From the IMG/VR virus record IMGVR_UViG_2974628900_000001, positions 1 through 60,304 of that record: DNA of 60,304 bases; one strand, written 5' to 3'. The position numbers and the translations under genes are program-made. Source of the DNA: Streptomyces virus StarPlatinum (Duplodnaviria > Heunggongvirae > Uroviricota > Caudoviricetes). The notes under the pieces are model-generated. The model saw nothing but the letters and a program-made list of their open reading frames with translations, was not told the origin of the DNA and did not search any database. Of this stretch, positions 23,085-33,464 are shown piece after piece. Within the stretch, counting starts at the first letter, position 1. Every line of letters begins with the position of its first letter.

Positions 23085-24821
23085 ATGTCCTATCAACTAC
23101 AGGTTCTAGCAGATTCCCCATTCTCTTATTGGAAGCTAGACGGAAATGGCCCGGTGTACGATGACTCCGCAGGAAGTCTCAGACAAGCTGAACTGACTTC
23201 TACTGCGGTCCAGCACCCTGCCCTTGTAACAGGCTCAGGCAATGCTCTCGTATTGCAGAATACCAACCAACTCCAGATGGACGACCCTGTTTTCAACAAA
23301 GGCTACGAGTCCCGTCAGTTCTCTCTAGAGGCATGGGTTAAGCCTCTCGCCATCACAGGCGAAGTCAGCATCATGAGTCACAACTCAAATTATGATGGAT
23401 TGACGATCACACAGAACAGAATCTATTTCAGAACAAAGTATCTTACTGCCCCAGCGTCAGAGATCAGCTACAAGTACGACACTGCTAAGTCTTTCCATGT
23501 AGTCGGAGTTCACACAGACGGAAAGAATTCCCTGTATATTGACGGACAGCTAGTCGCAGAGATCGATATGACTGACGAGCAGAATGCAGACGCATATAAC
23601 TTTGTCAGCTCTGATTTGATAGCAGGCCAATCATCAACTTCATCAACCATTGCTCTTGATGCTCCAGCTATTTATGCATTCGCACTCAGTGGAGAGACCA
23701 TTGCAAAGCATTACTCAAACGGTATCTCAGTAGACACAAGCGAGGCAATTGCTGGATACAATGACGCAAGTCACTGGAACTTCGCAGACTCAGCAAGAAA
23801 CATTGCCGTTTCAAAGCTGTGGGATGACACAGAATGGTCAGATGGATCAATGACGGATATTGTCATTGCCAATGATGTGATTGTTCCTTCTTACACTCAG
23901 ACCGAGACAGAAGAGGTTGTTGACGGAATCATCGTTCCAGTTTACGAGAACACATCTTTGCCCGGTGTCTGGATTGGCTCAATGGAGCTAGGAATGACAA
24001 TTGCTGGTATCACAGATGCAGTAATCAGATACAGAGGCGAAGGATCATTCACCATTGATTGTTCTGTAGACGGAGGAACTAACTGGCAGCCGGTGACAAA
24101 TGCTGCAACATTCTCCTTGACAGTAACAGACTCTATTGCTGTGCGAGTGACTTTTGCCGGTGGAATTGTAGATGACCAAAGCTATGTTGACTGGATTGAG
24201 ATTGTAGGCTATGCAGATAAGGTGTTCCTAGGAACAAGAAATGACCGAGTTGCTACCTTGAGTGGTACAGCAGTAATGGCCAGAGAGTTCTACGAGCCTA
24301 TCGAATATGCAGACGACAATGGTATCAAGATCCTTACTGGAAACATCGCGGTAGCGATTGATGAATCATACAGCGGTGAAGAAGATCCAGGAGATTTGAA
24401 CATCAATGGAATCGATATGTGGATCAAGCCGGTGGCAGGAAACATCATCACTGCTGGATCTGCAACTATCTCCCGAGTAGGCAATACAATTACCTTCTCT
24501 GGATTCTCAGCAGTAACTGTAAATGGAGTATCTGTTACCAGCGGTTCTACTGTATTCACCTCAGATAGCTGGTATCACATTGGAGGAGTCTTCACCACAC
24601 CGGGCAATTACGCATTGACCATGGGCGTGGCAAATGCTCAGATCGCTCAGGCGTCAGCCATTTATGGAGATATCTCCCTTGCTGGTCTACAGCAGATGTA
24701 TTCCGCATATCTAGGTCTTCCAGGTCTTTCAATCGATGACAGCACAGTCGTAGAAATTACGACTCCAGACCCAGAAGCGCTTCTATATGCGCATGTCTGG
24801 TCAATTTCTCCTGCTGGATAA
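23085..24821 (+). CDS. LamG/concanavalin-like domain virion protein, leaderless
   Basis: DSPFSYWKLDG, FSLEAWVKP, HVVGVH...LYIDGQLV, two lectin-like modules. TTGGCG-17-TATAAT, then 6 nt to ATG 23085. Confidence 0.75.
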   Translation: MSYQLQVLADSPFSYWKLDGNGPVYDDSAGSLRQAELTSTAVQHPALVTGSGNALVLQNTNQLQMDDPVFNKGYESRQFSLEAWVKPLAITGEVSIMSHNSNYDGLTITQNRIYFRTKYLTAPASEISYKYDTAKSFHVVGVHTDGKNSLYIDGQLVAEIDMTDEQNADAYNFVSSDLIAGQSSTSSTIALDAPAIYAFALSGETIAKHYSNGISVDTSEAIAGYNDASHWNFADSARNIAVSKLWDDTEWSDGSMTDIVIANDVIVPSYTQTETEEVVDGIIVPVYENTSLPGVWIGSMELGMTIAGITDAVIRYRGEGSFTIDCSVDGGTNWQPVTNAATFSLTVTDSIAVRVTFAGGIVDDQSYVDWIEIVGYADKVFLGTRNDRVATLSGTAVMAREFYEPIEYADDNGIKILTGNIAVAIDESYSGEEDPGDLNINGIDMWIKPVAGNIITAGSATISRVGNTITFSGFSAVTVNGVSVTSGSTVFTSDSWYHIGGVFTTPGNYALTMGVANAQIAQASAIYGDISLAGLQQMYSAYLGLPGLSIDDSTVVEITTPDPEALLYAHVWSISPAG

Positions 24822-24884
24822 GCATGTGGTCCCGATGTCGGGGCCACTTTTGCTTTTTAACACCAATGTCCTTATGATATGTCC

Positions 24885-25220
24885 ATGAAGAAGCAAAGAA
24901 TGCAGGTAGTAGACGAGGCCGCTTACGGCGTTTACGTCTGGGAAATGCCTAATGGACAGTGGGTCGGAGACGATGATGGTAACTGGCTCTCCATTGCATC
25001 CATGAAGGATGATCAGAAGCGTATCAACGAGCTTACTCAGGCCGTTCGTCACTACGGAATTATGGTTGGAAAGCCTGTGTTTCTTTCCGGTCATCGCAAG
25101 ATCGATGACGAGGAATTTGAATATCAGAAGCAGCGTCAGGCATTCGGACTTATTCCAGATGAAAACGATATCCCTGCTCTAGTAAGCGAGCAGATTTTTA
25201 AGGAGAACAATGACAGATAA
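24885..25220 (+). CDS. Hypothetical protein upstream of the portal, leaderless
   Basis: TTGCTT-17-TATGAT, then 6 nt to ATG 24885; its end overlaps the portal start. Confidence 0.75.
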   Translation: MKKQRMQVVDEAAYGVYVWEMPNGQWVGDDDGNWLSIASMKDDQKRINELTQAVRHYGIMVGKPVFLSGHRKIDDEEFEYQKQRQAFGLIPDENDIPALVSEQIFKENNDR

Positions 25221-26781
25221 TCGAGTCGTAGAGGCAGAAGAGGACCAGTTCATTGAAGTCTCCCTAGGTAACGAAGTCTCAAGAACAATTGATCACGATC
25301 CTGATCCATTTTTGAGAAAGGCTTCTGAGATCAAGGAGATGGACGGACTTTCACGTTCCTTCAAGATCAGTACCACGAAGCAGATCAATAAGTTCCACCG
25401 TGGTACAGACGGTGCTGCCTCAAAGAAGATTGAAACAGAGGAGATCACCGGATACAACACCTTCAAGGTTCTTCTTCCGCCATACAACCTCGATTATCTT
25501 GCAAAGCTTTACGAAGTCTCTCCTCCGCACTATTCAGCGGTAAAGGCCAAGGTAGCCAACATTGTTGGTCTCGGCTACGATCTTGTAGAAAGCCCGGCGA
25601 CAAAGCAGGCTCTAGATAAGATTGATGGAGACGAAAAGACTAAGAAGGCCAGAGCAAAGCTAGAAAGAGAAAAGCAGCGTCTAATGGATTGGATCGCTAG
25701 CTGCAATGAAGAAGATGACTTCATTGAAACTCTTATAAAGGTTTGGACGGACTACGAGGTAACTGGAAACGGCTATCTTGAAATCGGTAGAAAGAACACT
25801 GGAGAAATTGGCTACATTGGTCATGTTCCAAGCACCAGCATGCGAATCCGACAGGCGAGAGATGGCTTTGTTCAGATCATTTCAAACAAGGCTGTGTTCT
25901 TCCGTAACTTCGGAGACGACAAGACAACTGATCCTATCGGTGGAGACAGCAGGCCGAATGAAGTAATTCACATCAAGAAGTATGCGCCAAGCAATGGATT
26001 CTATGGAATTCCTGACATTGTTGCTGCAAAGGCGGCGGTAGCAGGTAACGAATTCGCCACGCGCTTCAACCTTGACTACTTCGAGAACAAGGCCGTTCCA
26101 CGCTATGTCATCATTATTAAGGGCGGAAAGCTTTCTCCAGCAGCAGAGCGAAGAATTACTGAGTTCTTCCAGACTTCCCTAAAGGGTAAGAATCACAGGA
26201 CTCTTTATGTTCCTCTGCCAGCGGACGAGCAGGACCGAAAGACATCATTTGAAATGAAGCCGGTGGAAGCTGGAACCCAGGATTCATCATTCAACAATTA
26301 CCGTAAGGGAAACCTGAATGACATCCTCATGGCTCACCGAGTTCCTATCTCAAAGGTCGGTCTTGCAGAAGGTGTCAGTCTAGCAGTTGCACGAGACGCA
26401 GACAAGACTTTTAAGGAGCAGGTCTGCCGTCCAGAACAGACAATCTTCGAAAACAAGCTAAACAAGATCATGAGAGAAGTCACTGACGTATTCCTCATTC
26501 ATCTAAATGAGCTATCTCTTACTGACGAAGATACTCAGAGCAAGATTGATGAGCGTGCTATTAGAAACCAGTGGATGACTCCAAACGAGATCCGTTCTCG
26601 TAAGGGTATGCCTGGTCTCGATGGCGGTGACAAGGTGGTCGAGCAGAAGCCACAGCAGCAGGCCGAGGCAAGGGCTCAGACAAATCAAACAAGGCAGCGT
26701 GACGCGGAACGCTCTGCCAATTCTCCAGATAATTCAGGAGAGGGAAGAAACGCAAAGGGTGACGGAAGGCAAGTTCAGTGA
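25210..26781 (+). CDS. Portal protein
   Basis: 523 aa; GNGYLEI, EVIHIK...FYGIP, DILMAHRVP, MTPNEIR motifs; position before protease and capsid. Confidence 0.9.
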   Translation: MTDNRVVEAEEDQFIEVSLGNEVSRTIDHDPDPFLRKASEIKEMDGLSRSFKISTTKQINKFHRGTDGAASKKIETEEITGYNTFKVLLPPYNLDYLAKLYEVSPPHYSAVKAKVANIVGLGYDLVESPATKQALDKIDGDEKTKKARAKLEREKQRLMDWIASCNEEDDFIETLIKVWTDYEVTGNGYLEIGRKNTGEIGYIGHVPSTSMRIRQARDGFVQIISNKAVFFRNFGDDKTTDPIGGDSRPNEVIHIKKYAPSNGFYGIPDIVAAKAAVAGNEFATRFNLDYFENKAVPRYVIIIKGGKLSPAAERRITEFFQTSLKGKNHRTLYVPLPADEQDRKTSFEMKPVEAGTQDSSFNNYRKGNLNDILMAHRVPISKVGLAEGVSLAVARDADKTFKEQVCRPEQTIFENKLNKIMREVTDVFLIHLNELSLTDEDTQSKIDERAIRNQWMTPNEIRSRKGMPGLDGGDKVVEQKPQQQAEARAQTNQTRQRDAERSANSPDNSGEGRNAKGDGRQVQ

Positions 26782-27236
26782 CAAGTAAGATCTGGCACAA
26801 GACAGATGAAATTGCTCGTGGACTAAGGAAGCCGATCAACACAGCCGCAATCTCCATTATGGGAGCATACACTTTCGTGTGGGGATTGTGGCTAACCCTT
26901 CCTTGGTCAACATTTAACAGAAGTGTTATATACGAATACATGGAAAGACTGGCTCCAGAAGTTGCCTGGGGTTCAGTTGCAATGCTCATCGGATTGTTTA
27001 TGCTTCGAGGAGTTTGGAAGCAGAGCTATCGAGCATTGCACACAGGCGCGGCGGCAGGATTCTATTATTGGCTTGTCATTGCAGTATTCTACATTCTAGG
27101 ATCATGGCACTCAGTAGGCTGGATTAACTCATTCATGGTGAGCATCTACTGCGCCTTTGTAGCTATCAATTTGAGGGTTAACAAGCAGTTTATTGATCCT
27201 AAGTTGCATGATAATAACAAAGTCAATACCATATGA
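26778..27236 (+). CDS. Four-TM membrane protein
   Basis: Four hydrophobic helices; start overlaps the portal stop. Confidence 0.75.
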   Translation: MTSKIWHKTDEIARGLRKPINTAAISIMGAYTFVWGLWLTLPWSTFNRSVIYEYMERLAPEVAWGSVAMLIGLFMLRGVWKQSYRALHTGAAAGFYYWLVIAVFYILGSWHSVGWINSFMVSIYCAFVAINLRVNKQFIDPKLHDNNKVNTI

Positions 27237-27238
27237 CT

Positions 27239-28525
27239 ATGAAGATTGAAAAGGCATCCTGGCATTCTGACGGTGACAATCTCCGTCTGACTATGCCGAT
27301 TGCGAAGTATGATGTGGAGAAGCGTCAGGTAAGTGGTTTTGCCACTCTTGATAACTTTGACTCTCATGGCGACATTGTGCTAGCTGAGGCTAGCCAAAAG
27401 GCGTTTTCACGATTCCGTGGAAACATCCGTGAGATGCATCAGCCAATCGCGGTGGGAAAGATGGTCGATTTCAGGGAAGAAGAATTCTATGACCCAACGA
27501 CCGAGAAGTTCTATCGTGGCATCTTCGCAACTGTCTATGTTTCAAAGGGTGCTCAGGACACATGGGAAAAGGTACTTGACGGTACTCTTACGGGATTCAG
27601 CATCGGTGGAAACATCGTTGACTCAGAAACCCAGTGGAATAAGGATGCCGAGACTAACGTAAGATTCATCAAGGACTACGAGCTTATTGAGCTTTCTCTT
27701 GTAGACAATCCAGCTAATCAGCTAGCAAATGTATTCAGCATTCAGAAGACTGCTGATGGCCAGGTGATGAAGGGAATGGTCACAGAAACTTCCGTAGAGA
27801 ATGTCTTTTGGTGTCCAAAGGATGAAATTGCAAAGACAACCGCTGACGAATCCTATTCTTGTCCAGTATGTGACAAGTCAATGCAGAACGTCGGCTGGTT
27901 TGAAACCGATTCCACTTCTCGTTCTGAGAAGATGGCCAAGGTAATCAACGAATTTAGAAATTCTTCTGACACAGAGGACACTCACGAAGGAGGTGCAGAA
28001 CAAGTGACTAAGGGAAATGAAGGCGATGCTGTTGCAGAGCAGGGTCGCGCCGAATCAGAGACTCCAGTTGAGGAATCAACAACTGAGAATGCTCCAGAGG
28101 TTGAGGCCGATGGAACTGTTGAGTCCGGTGAGGAAACAGCAGCAGAGGTAGACGAAGGTGGCGCAGAGGAGCCAAACTTCGAGAAGATGCTAGAGCAGGT
28201 CCAGGAAACAATTAAGAAGGGCCTAGAGCAGACTCGTGAGGCCACTGCTGAGGAAATTAAGGCTATCGAAGGCAAGGTTGAGGAAATCAACAAGGCATTC
28301 GACTCAAAGTTTACTGAGCTAGTCGAAAAGCACGGCGAGCTTAGCGAAAAGTTTGACAGCCTTTCCAAGCAGGCTGATGACGTTACAAAGCGTCTAGACA
28401 GCGTAGAAAAGGAAACGGCTATTAAGAAGTCCGGCGACGTTGGCGCGTCAAAGGAAGAGACCATTACCAAGGGTAACGGCTCAAAGTGGGGCGGACACTT
28501 CCTCAGTGTATCCGACATTCGATAA
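27239..28525 (+). CDS. Prohead protease with C-terminal scaffold-like coiled coil, leaderless
   Basis: DSHGD, NIREMH, GFSIGG, ELSLVDNPAN motifs; acidic and coiled-coil tail. TTGCAT-17-TACCAT, then 6 nt to ATG 27239. Confidence 0.85.
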   Translation: MKIEKASWHSDGDNLRLTMPIAKYDVEKRQVSGFATLDNFDSHGDIVLAEASQKAFSRFRGNIREMHQPIAVGKMVDFREEEFYDPTTEKFYRGIFATVYVSKGAQDTWEKVLDGTLTGFSIGGNIVDSETQWNKDAETNVRFIKDYELIELSLVDNPANQLANVFSIQKTADGQVMKGMVTETSVENVFWCPKDEIAKTTADESYSCPVCDKSMQNVGWFETDSTSRSEKMAKVINEFRNSSDTEDTHEGGAEQVTKGNEGDAVAEQGRAESETPVEESTTENAPEVEADGTVESGEETAAEVDEGGAEEPNFEKMLEQVQETIKKGLEQTREATAEEIKAIEGKVEEINKAFDSKFTELVEKHGELSEKFDSLSKQADDVTKRLDSVEKETAIKKSGDVGASKEETITKGNGSKWGGHFLSVSDIR

Positions 28526-28557
28526 ATCTTTGAAAGGAAAAGAGGTGAACAACAACT

Positions 28558-29553
28558 ATGAGCGATGAGCTAATTGAAAAGGTCATTCGTACTACTGAGG
28601 TAGCATCTGGTGGCGGTGGTCTGCTAAACGCAGAACAGTCCAACCGATTCATCGATTACATGTGGGAAGCCACTGTTCTCGGTACCCAGGTTCGTACCAT
28701 CCGTATGAGAGCCGATACAGTTGACATCGACAAGCTCGGAATTGGTGAGCGTCTGATGAGAGTAGCTACAGAGGCCGTTGACGACGGTGTAAACGCTGGA
28801 GCGACCTTCTCTAAGATTTCTCTTACCACCAAGAAGCTTCGTCTAGACTGGGAAATCTCCACGGAGTCCCTTGAGGACAACATTGAGGGTGAAGCCCTTG
28901 AAGACCACATTGCACGTCTAATGGCTACTCAGGCCGGTAACGACCTTGAGGATCTAGCTATTAATGGTGACACTGCCCTAACCGGTAATCCACTACTAAA
29001 GGCGTTCGATGGATGGCGTAAGCGTGCTCTTGCTGGCGGTCATGTAATTGACCACGGAGGTAACGGTGTAGACCGTTCTGTCTTCAACAAGGCCCTAAAG
29101 GCTATGCCACGTAAGTACATGCAGCGTCGTAACGGTCTTAAGTTCTTCACTGGTTCCAATGTAATTCAGGACTACCTATTCAGCCTACAGAACACTTCTG
29201 CTGACTACGTTACTCCAGAGGCCCTAGCGGCTGCGGGTATCAACAGCAGTGTACGTACTGACGGTCCTGCCGGTTTCACCACCGGTAACGCATTCGGTAT
29301 TCCAGTGCAGGAGGTTCCTCTATTCGAGGAGACCCTTGATGGTGACTACTCAGGTGCTTCTGGTGACCACGCAGATGTATGGCTAACATTCCCACAGAAC
29401 ATGCTATGGGGTGTAAAGCGTGAGGTCCAGATCTTCACTGAGTTCAAGCCTAAGAAGGACACCACGGAGTACACAATGTACTGCCGTGTAGGTACTCAGA
29501 TTGAGAACGCCGACGCATTCGTTGTCGTCAAGAACGTCAAGATTGCAGCCTAA
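28558..29553 (+). CDS. Major capsid protein
   Basis: 331 aa, GAGGTGA RBS, strongly biased codons, follows the protease and ends at a strong hairpin. Confidence 0.9.
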   Translation: MSDELIEKVIRTTEVASGGGGLLNAEQSNRFIDYMWEATVLGTQVRTIRMRADTVDIDKLGIGERLMRVATEAVDDGVNAGATFSKISLTTKKLRLDWEISTESLEDNIEGEALEDHIARLMATQAGNDLEDLAINGDTALTGNPLLKAFDGWRKRALAGGHVIDHGGNGVDRSVFNKALKAMPRKYMQRRNGLKFFTGSNVIQDYLFSLQNTSADYVTPEALAAAGINSSVRTDGPAGFTTGNAFGIPVQEVPLFEETLDGDYSGASGDHADVWLTFPQNMLWGVKREVQIFTEFKPKKDTTEYTMYCRVGTQIENADAFVVVKNVKIAA

Positions 29554-29570
29554 TTCGTTAGGTGGCAAAA

Positions 29571-29600
29571 TAGAAGGGAGGGCTTCGGCCCTCCTTTCTG
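29571..29600 (+). terminator. Terminator after the capsid gene
   Basis: AGAAGGGAGGGC-TTCG-GCCCTCCTTTCT. Confidence 0.8.
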
Positions 29601-29626
29601 TGTTATAATCGTCCTATGGAGGAAAT

Positions 29627-30022
29627 ATGAGTTACAACAAGATGAAGGTGGACGAGCTTCGTGAACTGGCAGATGCCTATGCGATTGATGTTGACCCTTC
29701 CGACAATAAGTCAGTAATTATAAACAAGCTGATCGAGAGTGGTGTCACATTTGAATACCATCAGGCTCAGGTAAAGGCGGCCGAAGGTGCCGATAAGGTT
29801 CAGGCAGCCCCGGTGTTTGATGAGCCAGCGGAAGACGACGGATCTAGTAAGATTCTACTAAGAATGACCAGAGCTAATGGAACATTCGAAGTGCGAGGAG
29901 CACGATTCACCCAGACCAATCCTTACGCCCTTGTAGCTGAAAGAGATGCAGATTACATTATCGAATCCTACGAGGGATTCCGCATCGCTTCACCAAGAGA
30001 AGTCAAGGAATTTTATAGCTGA
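29627..30022 (+). CDS. Hypothetical virion-module protein with N-terminal HEH/Rho-N-like motif
   Basis: MKVDELRELADAYAIDV...KSVIINKL. Confidence 0.7.
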   Translation: MSYNKMKVDELRELADAYAIDVDPSDNKSVIINKLIESGVTFEYHQAQVKAAEGADKVQAAPVFDEPAEDDGSSKILLRMTRANGTFEVRGARFTQTNPYALVAERDADYIIESYEGFRIASPREVKEFYS

Positions 30023-30023
30023 T

Positions 30024-30073
30024 AAGAGGCCCTTCGGGGCCTCTTTGCTATTTAAGCTTCGAGGATCTATAAT
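30024..30073 (+). terminator. Terminator fused to the adaptor-gene promoter
   Basis: AAGAGGCCC-TTCG-GGGCCTCTT; TTGCTA (30045)-17-TATAAT. Confidence 0.8.
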
Positions 30074-30079
30074 TCATTC

Positions 30080-30952
30080 ATGGAAATTTACAGAGACACT
30101 TCCGGCGAAGCTACGCTGGAGCATCCAGTTACAGGGCCGCTAACCGCTGATATTTATCGCGGTGACGAAGTGCTTTCTACAAACCTACCAGTCACGTCAT
30201 CCAATGGTATTCACACAGTGCAAATCGATTGGCACTTTACCGAATACGATGACACATTGAAGATTGTGTGGAAGAAGACAGATTTTCAAAGAGTGACTTG
30301 GGTTGATGTAGTCACCCCAATTATTCCTCTTTCTGCTCTCGACACTCTTCTTGATGGCGTATCCACAGAAGATCAGTACGACGCGGAAAGGATCGTACGA
30401 AGGATCATTGAGGTTTACACTGGGCAGACTTTCGGCAAGTTCCGAGGAACCAAGGAAGTCACGGGTAACGACAGCACTCAGCTAGCCCTTCCAACGCCTC
30501 TCCTGTCATTTACAGATATGTCAGATGACATGTTCATCTACGAGCCTTCTGCATTTGTTATCAGAGGCGATGGCTGGTTCCTAGGCGGTAAGCCTGGAGC
30601 CTATTGGACGATCAAGGACGCACCACCAGAGGATGTTCTTGATGAATTCACCAGTGGTGTGATCTACGCCCCAGGTGTTGTGCCAAAGCGAGACTTCAAG
30701 TACACATCAGTTTACACAATCACTGGAGACTGGGGATATGAATCAGTTCCAGTCGCGGTGGTCGAGGCTGCCAAGATGCTTATTTCAGATTACGCATGCC
30801 AGGACAGCTCATACCGAGACAAGTATCTCAACTCAATGAAGGCTGCTGACTGGAGAATTGAATATACTCAGGCTGCATATGATGGAACTGGAAACCTAAA
30901 GGCAGACCAGCTTCTTAATCCATATAAGCTAAGTAACTTGGTGGTAATATGA
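30080..30952 (+). CDS. Head-to-tail adaptor, leaderless
   Basis: IIEVYTGQTF and WGYESVPVAVVEAAKML motifs; position after capsid. Confidence 0.75.
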   Translation: MEIYRDTSGEATLEHPVTGPLTADIYRGDEVLSTNLPVTSSNGIHTVQIDWHFTEYDDTLKIVWKKTDFQRVTWVDVVTPIIPLSALDTLLDGVSTEDQYDAERIVRRIIEVYTGQTFGKFRGTKEVTGNDSTQLALPTPLLSFTDMSDDMFIYEPSAFVIRGDGWFLGGKPGAYWTIKDAPPEDVLDEFTSGVIYAPGVVPKRDFKYTSVYTITGDWGYESVPVAVVEAAKMLISDYACQDSSYRDKYLNSMKAADWRIEYTQAAYDGTGNLKADQLLNPYKLSNLVVI

Positions 30953-31443
30953 GTTGCCTCATTTCATCAAGATTCAATATGCGAGCCACAGTGCTTCGCC
31001 AGTCTGGAACCAATCCGCAGGAAAATCCCGGTGGACATTGGGAGACAATTCAAGATCCTGATTCTGGTGCCATTGAAAGAGTATGGGTACCAGACGAAGA
31101 CAGCGATACACCAGGCAATCAGACCCTTGTCATCAAGTGCATGGTAAGAGGTGTAACAAACGGAGGTATTCGTGCAGCGGGAACAACTCAGAGATTTTCT
31201 GACATTTATGAGAACGTTGACTGGGCGATCATTCAGTTCCCCGCGTCAGTTGTTCTCAGCAAGTACGACAGAGTCACGAACATTTCAAATTCAAAGGGAC
31301 AACTCATCTGGCGAGAAGAAGAAATCAATCAAGCGCCAGCTACTGTATTCCAAGTTATGGGATCTACTCCCGTAGTTGATCCATTCGGAAATCACATCGA
31401 GAATACAGCGCTATTGCAGAGAGCACAGGTTCAGAGTGGCTAA
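30949..31443 (+). CDS. Head-to-tail stopper-like protein
   Basis: Position and size in the neck module. Confidence 0.65.
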   Translation: MSCLISSRFNMRATVLRQSGTNPQENPGGHWETIQDPDSGAIERVWVPDEDSDTPGNQTLVIKCMVRGVTNGGIRAAGTTQRFSDIYENVDWAIIQFPASVVLSKYDRVTNISNSKGQLIWREEEINQAPATVFQVMGSTPVVDPFGNHIENTALLQRAQVQSG

Positions 31444-32224
31444 GGGTAAGGCATTCGTTGGTGTGACAGCGGACACGACAGAAGTCAGTGCACTCACTGG
31501 CTTCTTGTCCACTCTGTCTACTCAGATTAAGTCTGATGTCAACATGGCCCCGGTGCTGGATTATGCCCACTCCGTAATGTCAGACAAGTTCGACGCGTAC
31601 ATGTCTGTCCTTGCACCAACTGCACCTAATCAGTTCCATCACGTATATGACTGGGGAAGACTCGGTGTACCGCAGCACCAGCTTTGGAAGAATGTTCTCC
31701 GAGGTCGTGGAGCCAACAAGTATGCTTCATTTGAATTCAGGGCCTCTGTGCTCCCTGTGCCAGTACCAGAGGGAGCCAAGAAGCCGTTCATGCGCAAGCA
31801 CAGGTTCATCTATAAGGCCATGATTATGGAATACAATATCGGTGTGACCATTAAGCCTAAGCGAGCAAAGATGCTTGCTTTCCCTAACGAACGAGGAGAC
31901 ATCATCTTCACGAAGGGTCCTGTATTCGTACAAAATCCCGGTGGTATGGGAACCACTGGAGCATTCACATCAGCATGGTCTAACTGGTGGGGTGGAGCAG
32001 GAGCTAATCAGGTATTCAATACCGAGATCAAGAGAGTTCTGGAAAAGGATCTCGGAGGAAGTGCACTATCAAGATTCATGAGAAAGTTCAAGAAGGCCAA
32101 GTTCAGAACAGGTCGAATTGCCGTTGCAGATTCTCGCGCGGCGATGTCAGATGGTTCTCGCCTTGCCCTTGAATTCCTACAAGAGAGAAACAGAAAGAAC
32201 GAGGCAAGGAGGAAGACGCAATGA
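31436..32224 (+). CDS. Neck / tail-completion protein
   Basis: GTG 31436 overlaps the upstream stop; basic protein in the neck module. Confidence 0.6.
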   Translation: MAKGKAFVGVTADTTEVSALTGFLSTLSTQIKSDVNMAPVLDYAHSVMSDKFDAYMSVLAPTAPNQFHHVYDWGRLGVPQHQLWKNVLRGRGANKYASFEFRASVLPVPVPEGAKKPFMRKHRFIYKAMIMEYNIGVTIKPKRAKMLAFPNERGDIIFTKGPVFVQNPGGMGTTGAFTSAWSNWWGGAGANQVFNTEIKRVLEKDLGGSALSRFMRKFKKAKFRTGRIAVADSRAAMSDGSRLALEFLQERNRKNEARRKTQ

Positions 32225-32724
32225 CATATGACATTACAGCAACACACGCACTGAACAAGTTTCTCATTGATCAGCTCAGTGGAGAAGGATTCATTGATCT
32301 GACAAAGTATAATGGCCTGTCACCATTCATTCCGGCACAGCAGCAGCCGGAACTAACAAACCTGCCTTCTGGCGTTCCGTTCTTTGTGTACAATTACGCA
32401 TCCAATGGCGAATATGAAGACTGGTGGCTTGAGCACGAGCAGGCTGCATACATTGTCTATTCTGATAATGAGAAGCAGATCAGACAGATCACTAACTATC
32501 TGAATCAACTACTCAAGCGATACGACTGGGCCGCCGACGACATCAACGATTACTTGAGAGAATTCGGAACAACCGAGCAGAAAAAGTTCGAATTCAAGTA
32601 CACACGAGTGATCAGCATGGCATCAATCGAACCGGCGACAGATCAGGGTGGTAGATACTCTGGATCTATCATCGTCAACCTATGTTTCACCTCTCAGCTA
32701 AACCAGGAAGGCATGCGAGTCTAA
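32221..32724 (+). CDS. Tail terminator-like protein
   Basis: Position immediately before the major tail protein. Confidence 0.65.
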   Translation: MTYDITATHALNKFLIDQLSGEGFIDLTKYNGLSPFIPAQQQPELTNLPSGVPFFVYNYASNGEYEDWWLEHEQAAYIVYSDNEKQIRQITNYLNQLLKRYDWAADDINDYLREFGTTEQKKFEFKYTRVISMASIEPATDQGGRYSGSIIVNLCFTSQLNQEGMRV

Positions 32725-32826
32725 CGAATTCGCATGATAATCAATCTTCATATACTATGAAGGCAATTGAGGAAGTGTGTCTAGCCAACACGATATACTT
32801 TTTCAGAAAAGAGGTGAAAAGCAAAA

Positions 32827-33450
32827 ATGACGTACAAGGTTAAGAACATTATCATCGGTGCCGCTGCCGTTTACCTTTCAGCAGAAGACTCTACTGAATG
32901 GACCAGTGCACCCGCCCTTCCATCCGTAACCGGAACTGCGAGTTATGTGCCTGCGCTAGACGGCTCCGCTGACTGGCGTCACACAGGATTTACCAGTGAA
33001 GGTGTTGAGGTTTCTTACGAGCCAGACTACGGTGAGGTAGAGGTTGACCAGCTCCTTGACTCCGCGAAGCTATTCAAGCAGTCCATGCGAGTTATGGTAA
33101 ACACCACCTTCTCTGAGGCAACTCTTGAGAATCTTCTAGTCGTTTGGGGACAGCAGAATGATACCTACGATTCCACTGCAACTGAGGAAACTCTAGCTAT
33201 TGCAGCCGGTTCTCTAGGAGACGAGCCAACTGAGCGTTCCGTCGCATTCGTTGGTCCTGCACCACGAGCTGATGCAGGTACGAAGAGAGAGCGTATTTAC
33301 CACGTAAGACGTGCTCTATCAATCGAGTCTTCTTCTCATTCACTGAGGAGAAATGAGGCTACGGTATTCCCAGTCTCATTCCGTCTACTTCCAGATCCAA
33401 GCTTCTCAGGACAGGAATACGGTGTGATCAAGGACAGGAACATCGCCTAA
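32827..33450 (+). CDS. Major tail protein
   Basis: NIIIGAA, GFTSEGVEVSYEP, EVDQLLD, ATLENL motifs; GAGGTGA RBS; followed by a hairpin. Confidence 0.85.
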   Translation: MTYKVKNIIIGAAAVYLSAEDSTEWTSAPALPSVTGTASYVPALDGSADWRHTGFTSEGVEVSYEPDYGEVEVDQLLDSAKLFKQSMRVMVNTTFSEATLENLLVVWGQQNDTYDSTATEETLAIAAGSLGDEPTERSVAFVGPAPRADAGTKRERIYHVRRALSIESSSHSLRRNEATVFPVSFRLLPDPSFSGQEYGVIKDRNIA

Positions 33451-33464
33451 TACAACGACTTTCA

